A stretch of 44,597 bases of DNA from Octopus bimaculoides. Taxonomy: Eukaryota. Positions 23,043 through 34,460 of the stretch are shown piece by piece. The notes under the pieces are model-generated. The model was not told the DNA's origin, did not search any database, and worked only from the letters and a program-made list of their open reading frames with translations. The number at the start of each line of letters is the position of its first letter. Position 1 is the first letter of the stretch. The position numbers and the translations under genes were made by a program. Location of the stretch: NCBI RefSeq assembly GCF_001194135.2, contig NC_068991.1, forward strand, positions 36,757,912 through 36,802,508. Direction: 5' to 3'.

Positions 23043-23300
23043 ATTTAAATAAAAATCATAAGGACTTTTACATTTATTCCAAGGACGTAGTCGCACAAAT
23101 CAATATGAAATATTCAGATTAAACCCCATTCGCCTTAACTTAGGTAGAATATTCCTAATCACTTAAACTCGAGTACGAGTCCTGGATTTCTTTTATCGAT
23201 TGGCATGCTTACCATTTTGAAACGACTGTTTCTTTCTTCATTTTTATAACAACCGATGTTATGTCAAATATATAAACCCAAACAGGCACAGACAAACTAA

Positions 23301-23301
<1 letters not shown>

Positions 23302-23387
<86 letters not shown>

Positions 23388-23497
23388 AACTTACTATGTT
23401 TTGTAGATATATTTGCATGATTCTGTGTATAGGTTTGAGTATTCAGATATATATGTGTGAGAGAGAGAGAGAGAGAAAGAGAGAAAGAAAGAGAGAA

Positions 23498-23540
<43 letters not shown>

Positions 23541-23562
23541 AAGAGAGAGAGAGAGAAAGAGA
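23302..23562. repeat. (TG)n followed by (GA/GAAA)n microsatellites
   Basis: Directly visible (23302-23360 and 23459-23562). Confidence 0.95.
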
Positions 23563-24390
23563 GCACATGTATTATTATATATATACGATTAAATATAAGC
23601 GTAAATGTGTATATATATCTACACATAATTACATTTATACATATACACATATGTTCGTTTACACATACACACACACACACACTCACTCACACACACTCAC
23701 TCACACACCGTACACAAAAGATCTTCTATGTTTATTTACGCCTGCACGCATAAGTACATAGCAATCAAAATACACACGCTTATATAGGCATGTATATATA
23801 TGTGTGTGTGTGTGTGTGTGTGCGTGCGTGTGTGTATTTATATGTACATGTATGTGTGTGTGTATGTACGTACATTTATATACATATGTATACATGCATA
23901 TGTACGTACGTGTACATGTTTTCTATTGATATGGTTTCCTCAAAATATTTCTCTGTGTGCACATATGAATATGTGTTAGTATATATGTATGTATGCATGT
24001 GCGCGTATGTATAAGTGCATGCGTGCATGTCTACATATGTGTATGGATATCCTCGTCATTATTTATTTAGGTGTTTTAGTGTATATCAGAATATTAAAAC
24101 TGACAGGTTTCTCTACTGTGTATATGTTTTCATAGATATGTACGTATATGTGCATATTTGTTGGCATGTAGGAATTTATATGTAGAAAAGTATGCATTTT
24201 TTTGCAGATAAGGATGTAGAATATAAATATATATATACACATACATGCATACGCGCGCGCGCACACACACACACGCACACACACACACACACATATAATG
24301 TGACTACAATAAACATTAAAAAGAGAAATGCATAAAGAGACACGTTCGACAAACATTGTATTAGCTTATAACTTTAATTGAAAGAGGAAG

Positions 24391-24428
24391 TCACTCAACG
24401 TTTCGGACTTTAGGCATTCATCAATAAA
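24391..24428 (-). ncRNA. degenerate minimal hammerhead-like motif
   Basis: Minus strand UUGAUGA-AUGCCUAAAGUCC-GAAA-CGUU. Palindromic ACGU stem III; stems I and II poorly paired. Confidence 0.25.
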
Positions 24429-25147
24429 AAGAATCAGAGTCAGAGAGAGAAAGACAGAGTGAGAGGTCGGGAGGAAGAGAGCGAGAGATAAATAAGCAGG
24501 GAAAGTGGGAATGCTAGTCTATGAGGGAAAGTAAAACTGGAAGGAAGGCGTGTGTAGATACGTAGTGCCTTGTGTGTGTGTACACACACACACGTACATC
24601 TACACACATACATATATATATATTTGTATTCATACATACGTACATACATAAATATATAGTTCATAGATGAGAATCGGGTATTCTCCGTATAGAATACACT
24701 TAGTAGTGCTCAAGAGATTTAAACTTGAGCGTGTATAAAAGTAGGTATAAAATGTAGGGATAAGCAAGTTAGGCAGGTCAGTATATAAAGTATATTAAAT
24801 ACATGAAATTAGAAATATATATATGTTTACATAGAAAAGGATCTGACTTACATACAATGCAGATGATATAGAGAATCAAAGAGGTTGAAGAAAAGTATTA
24901 CAAATGCAACAGCTGTTTCTGGGAGCTCGTTGGTCCAAAATAATGTTTGTAGATTGATTCCATCATAGGATGAGACGAGCCTCCGTCTTCAAGGAAGAGA
25001 TCGAATATTTGAGGTGTTAAAAGAAGTTCAAAAGATTCCATTTCATCATGTTGAACCTTTAATCTCTACACATTTTTCTCTCTCCGTTTTTTTTTTCTTT
25101 TTTTCTTTTTCACTTTCGCTCCGTTTATTTTTACCTCTTAATCCTTT

Positions 25148-25175
25148 CTGTCGAAGAACATAGGCTCGAAACTTA
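25148..25175 (+). ncRNA. degenerate hammerhead-like motif in a probable Penelope pseudo-LTR
   Basis: CUGUCGA-A-GAAC(AUAG)GCUC-GAAA-CUU: core with A6>U and one mismatch in stem II. Confidence 0.3.
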
Positions 25176-25413
25176 ATAGACTTTTCCATTGTTCCCGATC
25201 GTTCAACTAATACACCTGCTTGTCGTTTCTACACCTGTCTTCGTTTTTTTTTGTTTTCTGTAAATTATATACACGTATGTGTGTGTATGTGTGTCTGTAT
25301 GTATATATGCATGCATGTATGCATGTATGCGTGCATACATACATGCATACATACGTACATACATACATACATACGTACATACATACATACATACATACAT
25401 ACATACATACATA

Positions 25414-25965
25414 CATTGTCCGAAAATGTCATCACGATATAATCTACCGATGCGACATGATGCTGTAGCTAGGACATTATATATTGAATCCGTCGAAAGG
25501 ATAACCCCGAGAACAAAGAAATAAGAACTCACAGTATGGTAGAAGCCATAGCCACTCATAATTAAGAGGAGTACTAGGTGGAATGTCCCGGTGAAAACCT
25601 AAATAGAATGTAAGCACAACAGACCTGATAAAATGATTTGGGATAGAGAAGAGACACTGTGCACAGCTGTGGAAATTAGCTGCCCAGAGGATGTTAACAT
25701 AAAACTGAAGATCAGTGAAAAACTGAATACCTATGCTGAACGCTGAACTATTAAGAAATCGGAAGTTACTCTATCCAGATTACAAATTCATATTTATACC
25801 TGTAATTATTGGGGCACTGGAATATGCAACACACTGACTAAATGTCAATCTTGAGAAATTAGGCTTCTCAAAACCAGAAAAGAGAGAGAGCTGATTCGAA
25901 GACTACAGATTCAAGCGATCACTGGAACTGTAAAAATCTGTAAAACTTTCCAGAAATTTGCAACT
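25414..25965 (+). mobile_element. C-terminus (Zn-knuckle remnant plus restriction-like endonuclease) of an R4/Dong-like non-LTR retrotransposon
   Basis: HCPKMSSRYNLPMRHDAVAR...KHNRPDKMIWDREETLCTAVEISCPEDVNIKLKISEKLNTY...FIPVIIGALEY...ITGTVKICKTFQKF: RHD, PD..E.(S)CP and IIGALG motifs, frameshifted. Confidence 0.85.
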
Positions 25966-26287
25966 ATAAAAATGAGAATACATACAGAAAACAAAAACAT
26001 ACAAATCTTAACGTGTACATACACACACACACACACACACACACATACATACATACATACATACATACATACATACAAAATCCATACACACGAAAATACC
26101 CAATTGGCAAGAAATTTTGAAATAATACTAAATAATGACATACATATAGACATACATACGTACAATTAAATATTACATGAGTCGGCAATTTAAATGACGT
26201 ATGTTTGTTCAAAGGATACCATCTCTTTCCGATATCATTTTAGAGCCGCCGAACAGGCTCTAAAACATCACCCTCGATTAGATTATA

Positions 26288-26290
<3 letters not shown>

Positions 26291-26355
<65 letters not shown>
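26291..26355. repeat. (CA)n microsatellite
   Basis: Directly visible. Others at 3230-3380, 28811-28862, 34770-34810 and 41845-41898. Confidence 0.95.
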
Positions 26356-26365
<10 letters not shown>

Positions 26366-26380
26366 ATAACTAACAATATT

Positions 26381-26527
26381 GTTTCGGTTTTCGCCTTTGA
26401 AATCCAATCACAAGGATTTAGTCGACCCGAGGCGATAGTAGAAGATGTCTACTCAATGTGTCGCGCGTTGTGGCTGAACCTAGAAATATGTGGTTGAGAA
26501 GAAAATTTCTTACACAACCACGCTTCC
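26381..26527 (-). mobile_element. SINE family A 5' half
   Basis: TCACAAGGATTTAGTCGACCCGAGGCGATAGTAGAAGA...CTGAACCTAGAAATATGTGGTTGAGAAG. Confidence 0.75.
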
Positions 26528-26544
26528 ACCTATAAAAATATTAT

Positions 26545-26613
26545 TGGCAGCGGTGTGCCTCCTAATAGACGGATGCTTTAAACCAGCGCTTTAGATCGCT
26601 CCACCACGCTGCT
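26545..26613 (-). pseudogene. tRNA-Leu(AAG)-derived pseudogene lacking the T-arm (anticodon now AAA)
   Basis: Minus strand AGCAGCGTGGTGGAGCGATCTAAAGCGCTGGTTTAAAGCATCCGTCTATTAGGAGGC|ACACCGCTGCCA vs invertebrate tRNA-Leu-AAG GGCAGCGTGGCCGAGCGGTCTAAGGCGCTGGTTTAAGGCACCAGTCTCTTCGGAGGC(GTGGGTTCGAATC)CCACCGCTGCCA. Followed by TTTTT. Confidence 0.85.
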
Positions 26614-27734
26614 AATTATACATGTATGCATGCCAGCATATATATATATATATTTATATGTACACATATACATACATGCATACGTAAATACATACATACA
26701 TATTAGATTCGATGGGTTATGAACTCCAACTTGCCTTTATTCTCGTGAATAGATCACCAGTTGAAGAAAATATTAAGTTGAAAGTAGAACACTAATAAAA
26801 ACATAATTGAAAGGAAAGAACTTATTGGATAACTATTTAGAAAAGAATACAGAAAATGTAAAAACAATAATCTTATAAAGAATTTCGAAGCTTATCCTAA
26901 CCAAAAGATTCCCCAGTCAACTTTGGGGTCCTCTCTCTCTCGTCATTCATCTCACCTCTACGTATTTATTTATAAATATACATAGTTATGTGTAGGTGTG
27001 TTTGGTATGTCTCTATATCACATCTGTTTCTGTTATAAAAATATCTAGAAATACCTATAACTATGTGTGTAGTGTGTGTGTGTGTGTGTATGTGTGTGTG
27101 TGTGCGTGTGTGTGTGAAGAAAGATAGAGAGAGACAGAGACAGAGAGAAAAAATGTATGTGAGAAAGAAAAAGAAAGAGAGGGGTAATTGGCGGAAATAG
27201 TACAAAAGTGACCGGGAGCCAAGCTTTTGACATATAGTGAATACAAGTCTGAGTTCCAGTTATATTAATATATACTTGTCAAAGTTTTTGTTTATATTAT
27301 AGCAAGAATCCTCGCAGGCTTGGGGGAACCGTAAAGTCGCTAAATTCACCATCTATGTTTCTAGATCGTCACAGTCTTATCTTCATGATGAAGGAATGTT
27401 AGCGGGTATTACTACCTCTTTATAGTGGGCAGGGCCATGTGACAGGTATGGATGTTATTGCCATAATTTGAATATTTATTATTAGACTTATGCTATCATC
27501 ATCATCATCATCATCATCCGCAGCAGCAGCAGCAGCGGCGGCTGCGGCATCACTGTACGAGATCAATAGGGACGCACGTGCTATCATAATAAGATTTCTA
27601 TAGCAAAGATAGAGCCGGGCTTGCACTATTTCTACTCATGAAAAGCTTAGACTGAACACCAATCCGTTACAAGATTAACCCCCTCACCGACCCACCCACT
27701 TTGTTACTGCTGCTGCTATCTCGATTGAGTGAAA

Positions 27735-27830
27735 GATAATATCTTGCTCAAAAACAAATACGCCACCCGGACCGGATATCAAAACCACGATTACACGATC
27801 GTGAATCTAATACCTAAACCACTAGGCCAC
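27735..27830 (-). mobile_element. SINE family C 5' fragment
   Basis: Element strand GTGGCCTAGTGGTTTAGGTATTAGATTCACGATCG...CCGGGTGGCG...TTGAGCAAGAT. Confidence 0.7.
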
Positions 27831-28299
27831 AGTATATGTAATCAGGAAGTTGTTTATTTGTCTTTGTGACTGGTGTGTGCTGTTGTTTGTGTGTTTATTT
27901 TAGTGTTGTGCTATTCTATCAGTATTACGTTCATGTACCTATTAAGACGAATGTATCATCCACCTACCTAGTCTAAATCATCTTTATGTATTTTTCTCTA
28001 ATGTTGCCACATAGAATGCAGTGAGTGTGGTCTCCAAGGAAGAACTTATAGTTACTACATTTTATAGTCATATGTTTCTTTTTGTAGATAGCGAAAGTGT
28101 ACTCTATGCTCTTCAATACACTTTTTCTTTTAGTATATTAGCTGGTACTGCAGAAGATTTCATTTAGGAGCATTTGCATACATTATATAAGATTTCTATT
28201 GTTTCTACTATAAAATATATTCCACAAACCACGAATTAAAACACAGCACAAAGCACATTATAAAAACCTTTTAAAATGAAATACACAATATATGACACC

Positions 28300-28640
28300 A
28301 AATGATAATCTAACACTAATAACGTACTTCAAAAGCAGTAAGATTCAAACCTTCTAATCAACAAATCATGACATGTGAACCAAAGAAGGTGCAAATGACC
28401 CATCTAAATGATTATATCGATTGCAAATACGAAAGATACAAACTTCACAACTCCAACAATTGGCCACACGTGTACGACACTCTACCGCCGGAACAATGAC
28501 AACTGCAAATACAACTGCACCAAACAACTAAATCTGAAAAAAAATTACAATAAAATACTTCCATATATAACAAAATTCCACACAAAAAACAAATAAACTA
28601 TTAATGATAGAAGCATTACTCATAACATCAGACAGATAAA
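28300..28640 (+). mobile_element. decayed Penelope-like GIY-YIG endonuclease C-terminal region
   Basis: LITYFKSSK.., TIGHTCTTLYRR at ~28456-28491 (cf. YIGHTTTTLSRR), LMIEALLI at 28601-28624 (cf. L.ILEAL.I). Confidence 0.55.
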
Positions 28641-28805
28641 ACACACATACGTGGATATCATATACCAGTCACAAACAAATTTCGGACTGATGGCTTAAGA
28701 ATTTCATTCTGTCAGTCAGATCTGGTGCCACCATATTGGCTTTACTTTATGAAATATGAGGCAGCAATAGATACTAATAACTGTTCTATGAATGCCCCAA
28801 TGTGA

Positions 28806-28865
<60 letters not shown>

Positions 28866-28874
28866 TCGTAAGAT

Positions 28875-29260
28875 TTAGTGTCTTTTATCTATATTATTTT
28901 CATGTGCTTTACCATGAGCATCGATTCCATCATCTATTTTTCTTTTAGAAATTCTGTACATTATAATTATATTGTTTACTGTATCTTTTATCTCGTTATT
29001 TTTGTGTTGTACGGTGTAGCGAATGTATTTCAATTGATCCCTGATGTAAATGACCGGAGAGCGTGAGACTTGTATGGCCAATATAAAAGTTCGTTTGGTA
29101 TTTGCTAAAAACTTGAAAGTTTACAAACAAATTTGTAACTTACATTGATTGTCTTTTATTAGCATGATTGCAGCTTTACCTACAGGTGGTTAGTGATTGA
29201 CAAGAAGGTTTTTCGTTTAAAGTTTATTGTTTTCTGCCGTATGTTATTAGTGTCATTTTA
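28875..29260 (-). mobile_element. second decayed Penelope-like GIY-YIG C-terminal region, convergent with the previous one
   Basis: Minus strand TLITY.., FYIGHTSLTLS (29088-29056), HQGSI, VNNIIIMYR. Shares ACACTAATAAC.TAC with the 28310 copy. Confidence 0.55.
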
Positions 29261-29362
29261 TGGTTTGATATTTGTGTTCTGATTTATGAGAGTTTTCTTT
29301 ATCTGTTTATTTTTTTGTCTACACTTTGTGTTGTTTGTGTATCTTTAATAAATATGCCTCAT

Positions 29363-29548
29363 AAGGCGGTGGGCTGGCAGTATCGTTAGTACGTCAAACA
29401 AAATGCATAGCGCATTTCTCTGTCTTTGCATTCTGAGTTTCCTTTTATTCTTTCGGGCCGATAAAATGAGCACCAGTTAAGTACTGGGATCGATGTCACC
29501 GACTTACCTTCTCTCTAAATTGCTCAACTTGTGCCAAAATTAGAAATC
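29363..29548 (+). mobile_element. SINE family B, decayed
   Basis: AAGGCGGTGGGCTGGCAGTATCGTTAG...TTCTTTCGGGCCGATAAAATGAGCACCAG...CTTGTGCCAAAATTAGAAA. Confidence 0.8.
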
Positions 29549-30529
29549 TCCCCCACGCGCGCGCACACACACACACAAACACAAACACACACAGTAAAGC
29601 AATGTTTAAGGTAAGGTTCAAACAAACTCTGTTTTGAAAGAAAATAACGTAACAGTTACGAGTGTAAAATGTTTGTACCGATGACTAAAAGCAAATACGT
29701 TTGCAAAATGAACAATTTAATTAGCGACAAAACAAATTTATACAGATCTACATATTCTACAATTCCAAAATGACGCAATTAAAAATTAAACTGAATTAAC
29801 TCCTTCATCCAGAAAATGAAATTGCGAGGGTGTATACAAACGTTGATGATAANNNNNNNNNNNNNNNNNNNNNNNNNNNNNNNNNNNNNNNNNNNNNNNN
29901 NNNNNNNNNNNNNNNNNNNNNNNNNNNNNNNNNNNNNNNNNNNNNNNNNNNNNNNNNNNNNNNNNNNNNNNNNNNNNNNNNNNNNNNNNNNNNNNNNNNN
30001 NNNNNNNNNNNNNNNNNNNNNNNNNNNNNNNNNNNNNNNNNNNNNNNNNNNNNNNNNNNNNNNNNNNNNNNNNNNNNNNNNNNNNNNNNNNNNNNNNNNN
30101 NNNNNNNNNNNNNNNNNNNNNNNNNNNNNNNNNNNNNNNNNNNNNNNNNNNNNNNNNNNNNNNNNNNNNNNNNNNNNNNNNNNNNNNNNNNNNNNNNNNN
30201 NNNNNNNNNNNNNNNNNNNNNNNNNNNNNNNNNNNNNNNNNNNNNNNNNNNNNNNNNNNNNNNNNNNNNNNNNNNNNNNNNNNNNNNNNNNNNNNNNNNN
30301 NNNNNNNNNNNNNNNNNNNNNNNNNNNNNNNNNNNNNNNNNNNNNNNNNNNNNNNNNNNNNNNNNNNNNNNNNNNNNNNNNNNNNNNNNNNNNNNNNNNN
30401 NNNNNNNNNNNNNNNNNNNNNNNNNNNNNNNNNNNNNNNNNNNNNNNNNNNNNNNNNNNNNNNNNNNNNNNNNNNNNNNNNNNNNNNNNNNNNNNNNNNN
30501 NNNNNNNNNNNNNNNNNNNNNNNNNNNNN

Positions 30530-31289
30530 AAAAAAGGAAACTCTGCAGTCGAAGCGACTCGAAACATACACTCAGTTTATGGGAAAGAATGCTTGAATGA
30601 AAGAACTTGCAGAAGATGGTTTGCAAAATTCAGAAGTAGAGATTTCAGCCTTGAAGATGAAGATCGAACAGTTGAGTTTGATGATAAGCTCCTTGAGGCA
30701 TTACTTGAAGAAAATCCTGCATTATCAATTAAAGAATTGGCAATAAAGCTTAGTTCAAACGATGCAACTGTTCATCGCCATCTTCAACAACTTGGAAAGA
30801 TTCCTAAACGTAGAAAACGGGAGCCTCATGAATTGTCCGAAAGCAACCGCAAATCCCGAGTTGACGTCTGCCCTTCTCTCCATTCTCGCGAACTCATTTC
30901 ACCCATTTTGGATAGACTTGTGACTGGTGACGAAAAATGGATCTTGTATTGAAATGTTAAACGTCTTTAACAGTGGCTTGGTAAAAGGGAAAAAGCTCAA
31001 CCACAATCGAGAAGGGAACTTCATGGGAAAAAGGTTCTTCTCTCTATCTGGTGGGGTTGCAAAGGAGTAACTCACTTTAAATTTTTACTACCTAATGCAG
31101 CAATCAATGCTCAAGTCTACTGTCAGCAATTAGAGCATTTGAACCAAGCTTTGAAGAACACAAGACCCACTTTAGTGAATCGAAAAGGAGTGATGTTTCA
31201 TCAGGACAATGCGCGACCCCACACTGCAAAGATCACATCACAGAAGATCGAAGAACTTGGTTGGGAAAAAGTTCCTCATCCACCGTATT
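30530..31289 (+). mobile_element. mariner (DD34D) transposase pseudogene, 5' end in gap, truncated before the third catalytic Asp
   Basis: GNSAVEATRNIHSVYGKECLNERTCRRWFAKFR, EPHEL (WVPHEL), LVTGDEKWILY, KKVLLSIWW, FHQDNARPHTA, HPPY then unrelated sequence where SPDLAPSD is expected. In-frame stops after WILY. Confidence 0.95.
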
Positions 31290-31351
31290 ATTCTTTCTTC
31301 ATAATTTACCTTGGATTTCCTGGTGTAAATTAGCATAGATATGAAAAGTTA

Positions 31352-32200
31352 TATATTAAGCATATGATTCAACTTATAAAACAAAGTTCAAAAAATTCAA
31401 TCATATTTTTTCGTAAATGGAGGAGATTAGATGTTCATATCGATTATAATTATTTTTATTCATGTAGCTATACGATCGTTTCATACAGAAAAAGAATAAA
31501 TTCATTTTAAGAATCTGATTTGTCAAGAAGTACTCGTGAAATGCAGTAAATAAGAAAAAAGCTAAAAAGACGTTAGAATTGCATAGGTGTGGTGTTCTTA
31601 CTAATTTTTGTAATGTGTAATTGGTCTTGGAGTCACGTCTATTTAAAACAAGACTTAATGGTATCTGTTGGGTGCTGGTATGTATAAATACTAATAAGGG
31701 TAACATCCTCTGTATAGATTAGTATATAGAAGCTAATTTTAAAGTGCTATATATGAAGTAAAAAACCAGATGAGGTTGTATTTTACGGAAAAAATACAAC
31801 CCCACCTGGTTTTTTTACTTCATATATGGTACTTTAAAATTAGCTCCTTTATACTAATCTATAGAGATGTTACCCTTATTAGTATTTATATATATCAACA
31901 CCCAACGGTTACCATTTAGTTTTGTTTTAAATAGACATGATACCAAGAACAATTGCAAGTTACAAAAATTAGTAAAACACCACACCTATGTAATTCTAAC
32001 GTCCTTTTAGCTTTCTTTCTTATTTTTCTACTACTGACGAGTATTTTTTGACAACTCAGATTCTAAAAATGAAACGATCTTATAGCTACATGGATAAAAA
32101 TAATTATAATCCATATGAACATCTTATGTCCTCCATTTACGAAAAATATGATTGAATTTATTGAACTTTGTTTTATAAGTTAAATCATATACTGAATATA
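31352..32200. repeat. ~850-bp imperfect palindrome (foldback element)
   Basis: Arms reverse-complementary from ATATGATTCAACTTATAAAACAAAGTTCAA / TTGAACTTTGTTTTATAAGTTAAATCATAT inward to GTTGTATTTT-ACGG-AAAAAATACAAC (centre ~31786). About 20 extra bp in the left arm. Confidence 0.9.
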
Positions 32201-32205
32201 CTGAT

Positions 32206-32261
<56 letters not shown>

Positions 32262-32262
<1 letters not shown>

Positions 32263-33149
32263 AAAGGTGCGATGGGTAAACTGTCGCCATTCTATATTTT
32301 CAATTTCGCGTATTCTCATTGATTATTTTTGATTTTGTCGACTACACACTGTAGTTGGGTCAGTTGGGCACTGTCTGTGAGAAAACAGCACCATGACGCA
32401 ATTCACTCTGCCAGCAATTCGGAAACTACATGCTGTACTACTTGTCATTCGCGCCGGAAGCTCCAATACGAATATTACAATGTGTTTTAGTGTCAATCTG
32501 AGGATAGTGCAATCTGAGGACATGTACCGAGAGTGATAAGAATCAAGCAACCAGTCAACATCATGGTGTTTGGTGTGATCATTAGTGGTAGTGACGTTAT
32601 GCCTCCATTCGTCTTCCAGCATGGCCTCAGACTCAACATAGAAGCCTACATCAAGTGCCTGGAAGAGGTAGTGCTACTGTGGGTCAAGAGGGTGGCTGCT
32701 GGAAGACCTATGTCTGGCAACAAGACTCTGCACCATGCCACACAATCAGGAGAACCCAGTCATAGCTGTCAGATAAATTCTGCGATCACATCACCCCGAA
32801 CACATGGCCACCTAATTCCCCAGACTGCACCATACTTGATTATTATGTGTGGGGCACAGTTGAGTGAGAGACCAACAAAACTCCTTGTAACACCGAATAT
32901 GGACTGAAGACAGGGATTATGGCAGCATTCACCAACGTAAACAAGGAGACTATCTAGAAGATTTCCAGGAAATTTCGAAGTCATCTGGAGGCCGTTGTCG
33001 GAGCAAATGGCGATTTTCTGGAATGAATTTGCTCTTTAGAATTTCAAAATATTTTTATATAATTTTGGTAAATACATCTGTTAAAATTATATGTCAGTAC
33101 TATTTTCATTTTTGCGTAATTTAGACGACAGTTTATTAACCGCACCCTG
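32262..33149 (+). mobile_element. internally deleted DD37D (maT) Tc1/mariner element with both TIRs
   Basis: Left AGGTGCGATGGGTAAACTGTCGCC, right GACGACAGTTTATTAACCGCACCCTG|TA. Translation VMPPFVF..GLRLN..Y...YVWQQDSAPCH...WPPNSPDCTILDYYVWG, with 37 codons counted between the last two Asp. ATG at 32393 joined to the catalytic region near 32520. Confidence 0.9.
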
Positions 33150-33394
33150 TATGTATGTATATATATATATATNNNNNNNNNNNNNNNNNNNNNNNNNNNN
33201 NNNNNNNNNNNNNNNNNNNNNNNNNNNNNNNNNNNNNNNNNNNNNNNNNNNNNNNNNNNNNNNNNNNNNNNNNNNNNNNNNNNNNNNNNNNNNNNNNNNN
33301 NNNNNNNNNNNNNNNNNNNNNNNNNNNNNNNNNNNNNNNNNNNNNNNNNNNNNNNNNNNNNNNNNNNNNNNNNNNNNTATATATATATATATTA

Positions 33395-33667
33395 CAGCGT
33401 GGAATAAGTTTGTAAGGCATTTAAAAATACACAAAAACCATTAGTTTCACTCCAACATTTAAATTTGATTTGTGCCAAAATATTTTCGACGCTTTGAAAT
33501 TGCGACCTGTTCACTGACAAAACTTTCTGCGGCACAAAATTTTGTCAGTGAACAGGCCGCGATTTCAAAGCGACGAAAATATTTTGACACAAAGTAAATT
33601 TAAACGTTGAAGTGAAACTAATTGTTTTTGCGTGTTCTTAAATATCTTACAAACATTTTGCATGCTG
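33395..33667. mobile_element. 273-bp foldback MITE (Tc1/mariner-type CAG ends, TA flank)
   Basis: TA|CAGCGTGGAATAAGTTTGTAAG ... CTTACAAACATTTTGCATGCTG|CA. Arms pair over ~125 bp (e.g. AAAATATTTTCGACGCTTTGAAAT / ATTTCAAAGCGACGAAAATATTTT), loop ~33523-33539. Confidence 0.85.
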
Positions 33668-34249
33668 CAATTGTTTTTGTTTCAGCACACGCTCTCAAAT
33701 CAAGTCACTTGCTATGCAAGTACATCTCCGTAGTAACGTGTATATATATATATATCAATATGTGACACTGTGAAAAAAAGCTATCTCTCAAATATTCTAC
33801 ACCTTTCATTCTAATTATTTTCTTTTAAGTGAAACACCTCCGCGATTGTCGTTTACTTTCGTGTCTATTCAAGCCTTGATGGAAATGTATTATTGCGCGC
33901 GTTCAATCGTTAACATCTTCTGTTTTTATGATATTATGATGGCGATTATTTGATGATGGCACTTAAATAAGTTTAAAAGACCTAAGTAGCTGCCTGTGAT
34001 TGGCCTTTCATTTGCATCAGAGTTATTGATCATTGTTGATATCGCTAGAGTTGCACGTATTGTATGGTAAATTGCGACAGCCGTACAGTACATTGCAAGT
34101 ATATGCAGGACATGGTAAATTACAAGAACGGTAGAGTACATGGTATAATAGGCTGAGCATTAAGTATTGTACAATATGTGGGACATTGTGCAATTTGCCG
34201 TATACAGTACGCTCGATCTACTACGTGTATATGTGTGTGTGTTTGCGTG

Positions 34250-34460
34250 TGTGTTTGCGTGCTTGTGTTTGTCTCATTCCCACCATCACTTGACAACCGA
34301 TTTTGGTGTGTTTACGTTCCCGTAACTTAGCGGTTCAGCAAAAGACACCGATAGAATAAGTACTAGGCTCACAAGAATAAGTCCTGGGGTCGATTTGTTC
34401 GACTAAAGGCCGGGCTCCTGCATGGCCGCAGTTAAATAACTGAAACAAATAAAAAAAAAA
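34250..34460 (+). mobile_element. SINE family A 3' half
   Basis: CACTTGACAACCGA..GGTGTGTTTACGTTCCCGTAACTTAGCGGTTC..GATAGAATAAGTACTAGGC..GTCCTGGGGTCGATTTG..GCATGGCCGCAG. Confidence 0.9.

Noticed and set aside
26238-26265. Hairpin TTTTAGAGCC/GGCTCTAAAA; the minus strand starts GTTTTAGAGC like a Cas9 repeat
   Set aside because: Single copy, no spacers or array, no cas genes, eukaryotic context. A chance 10-bp match.
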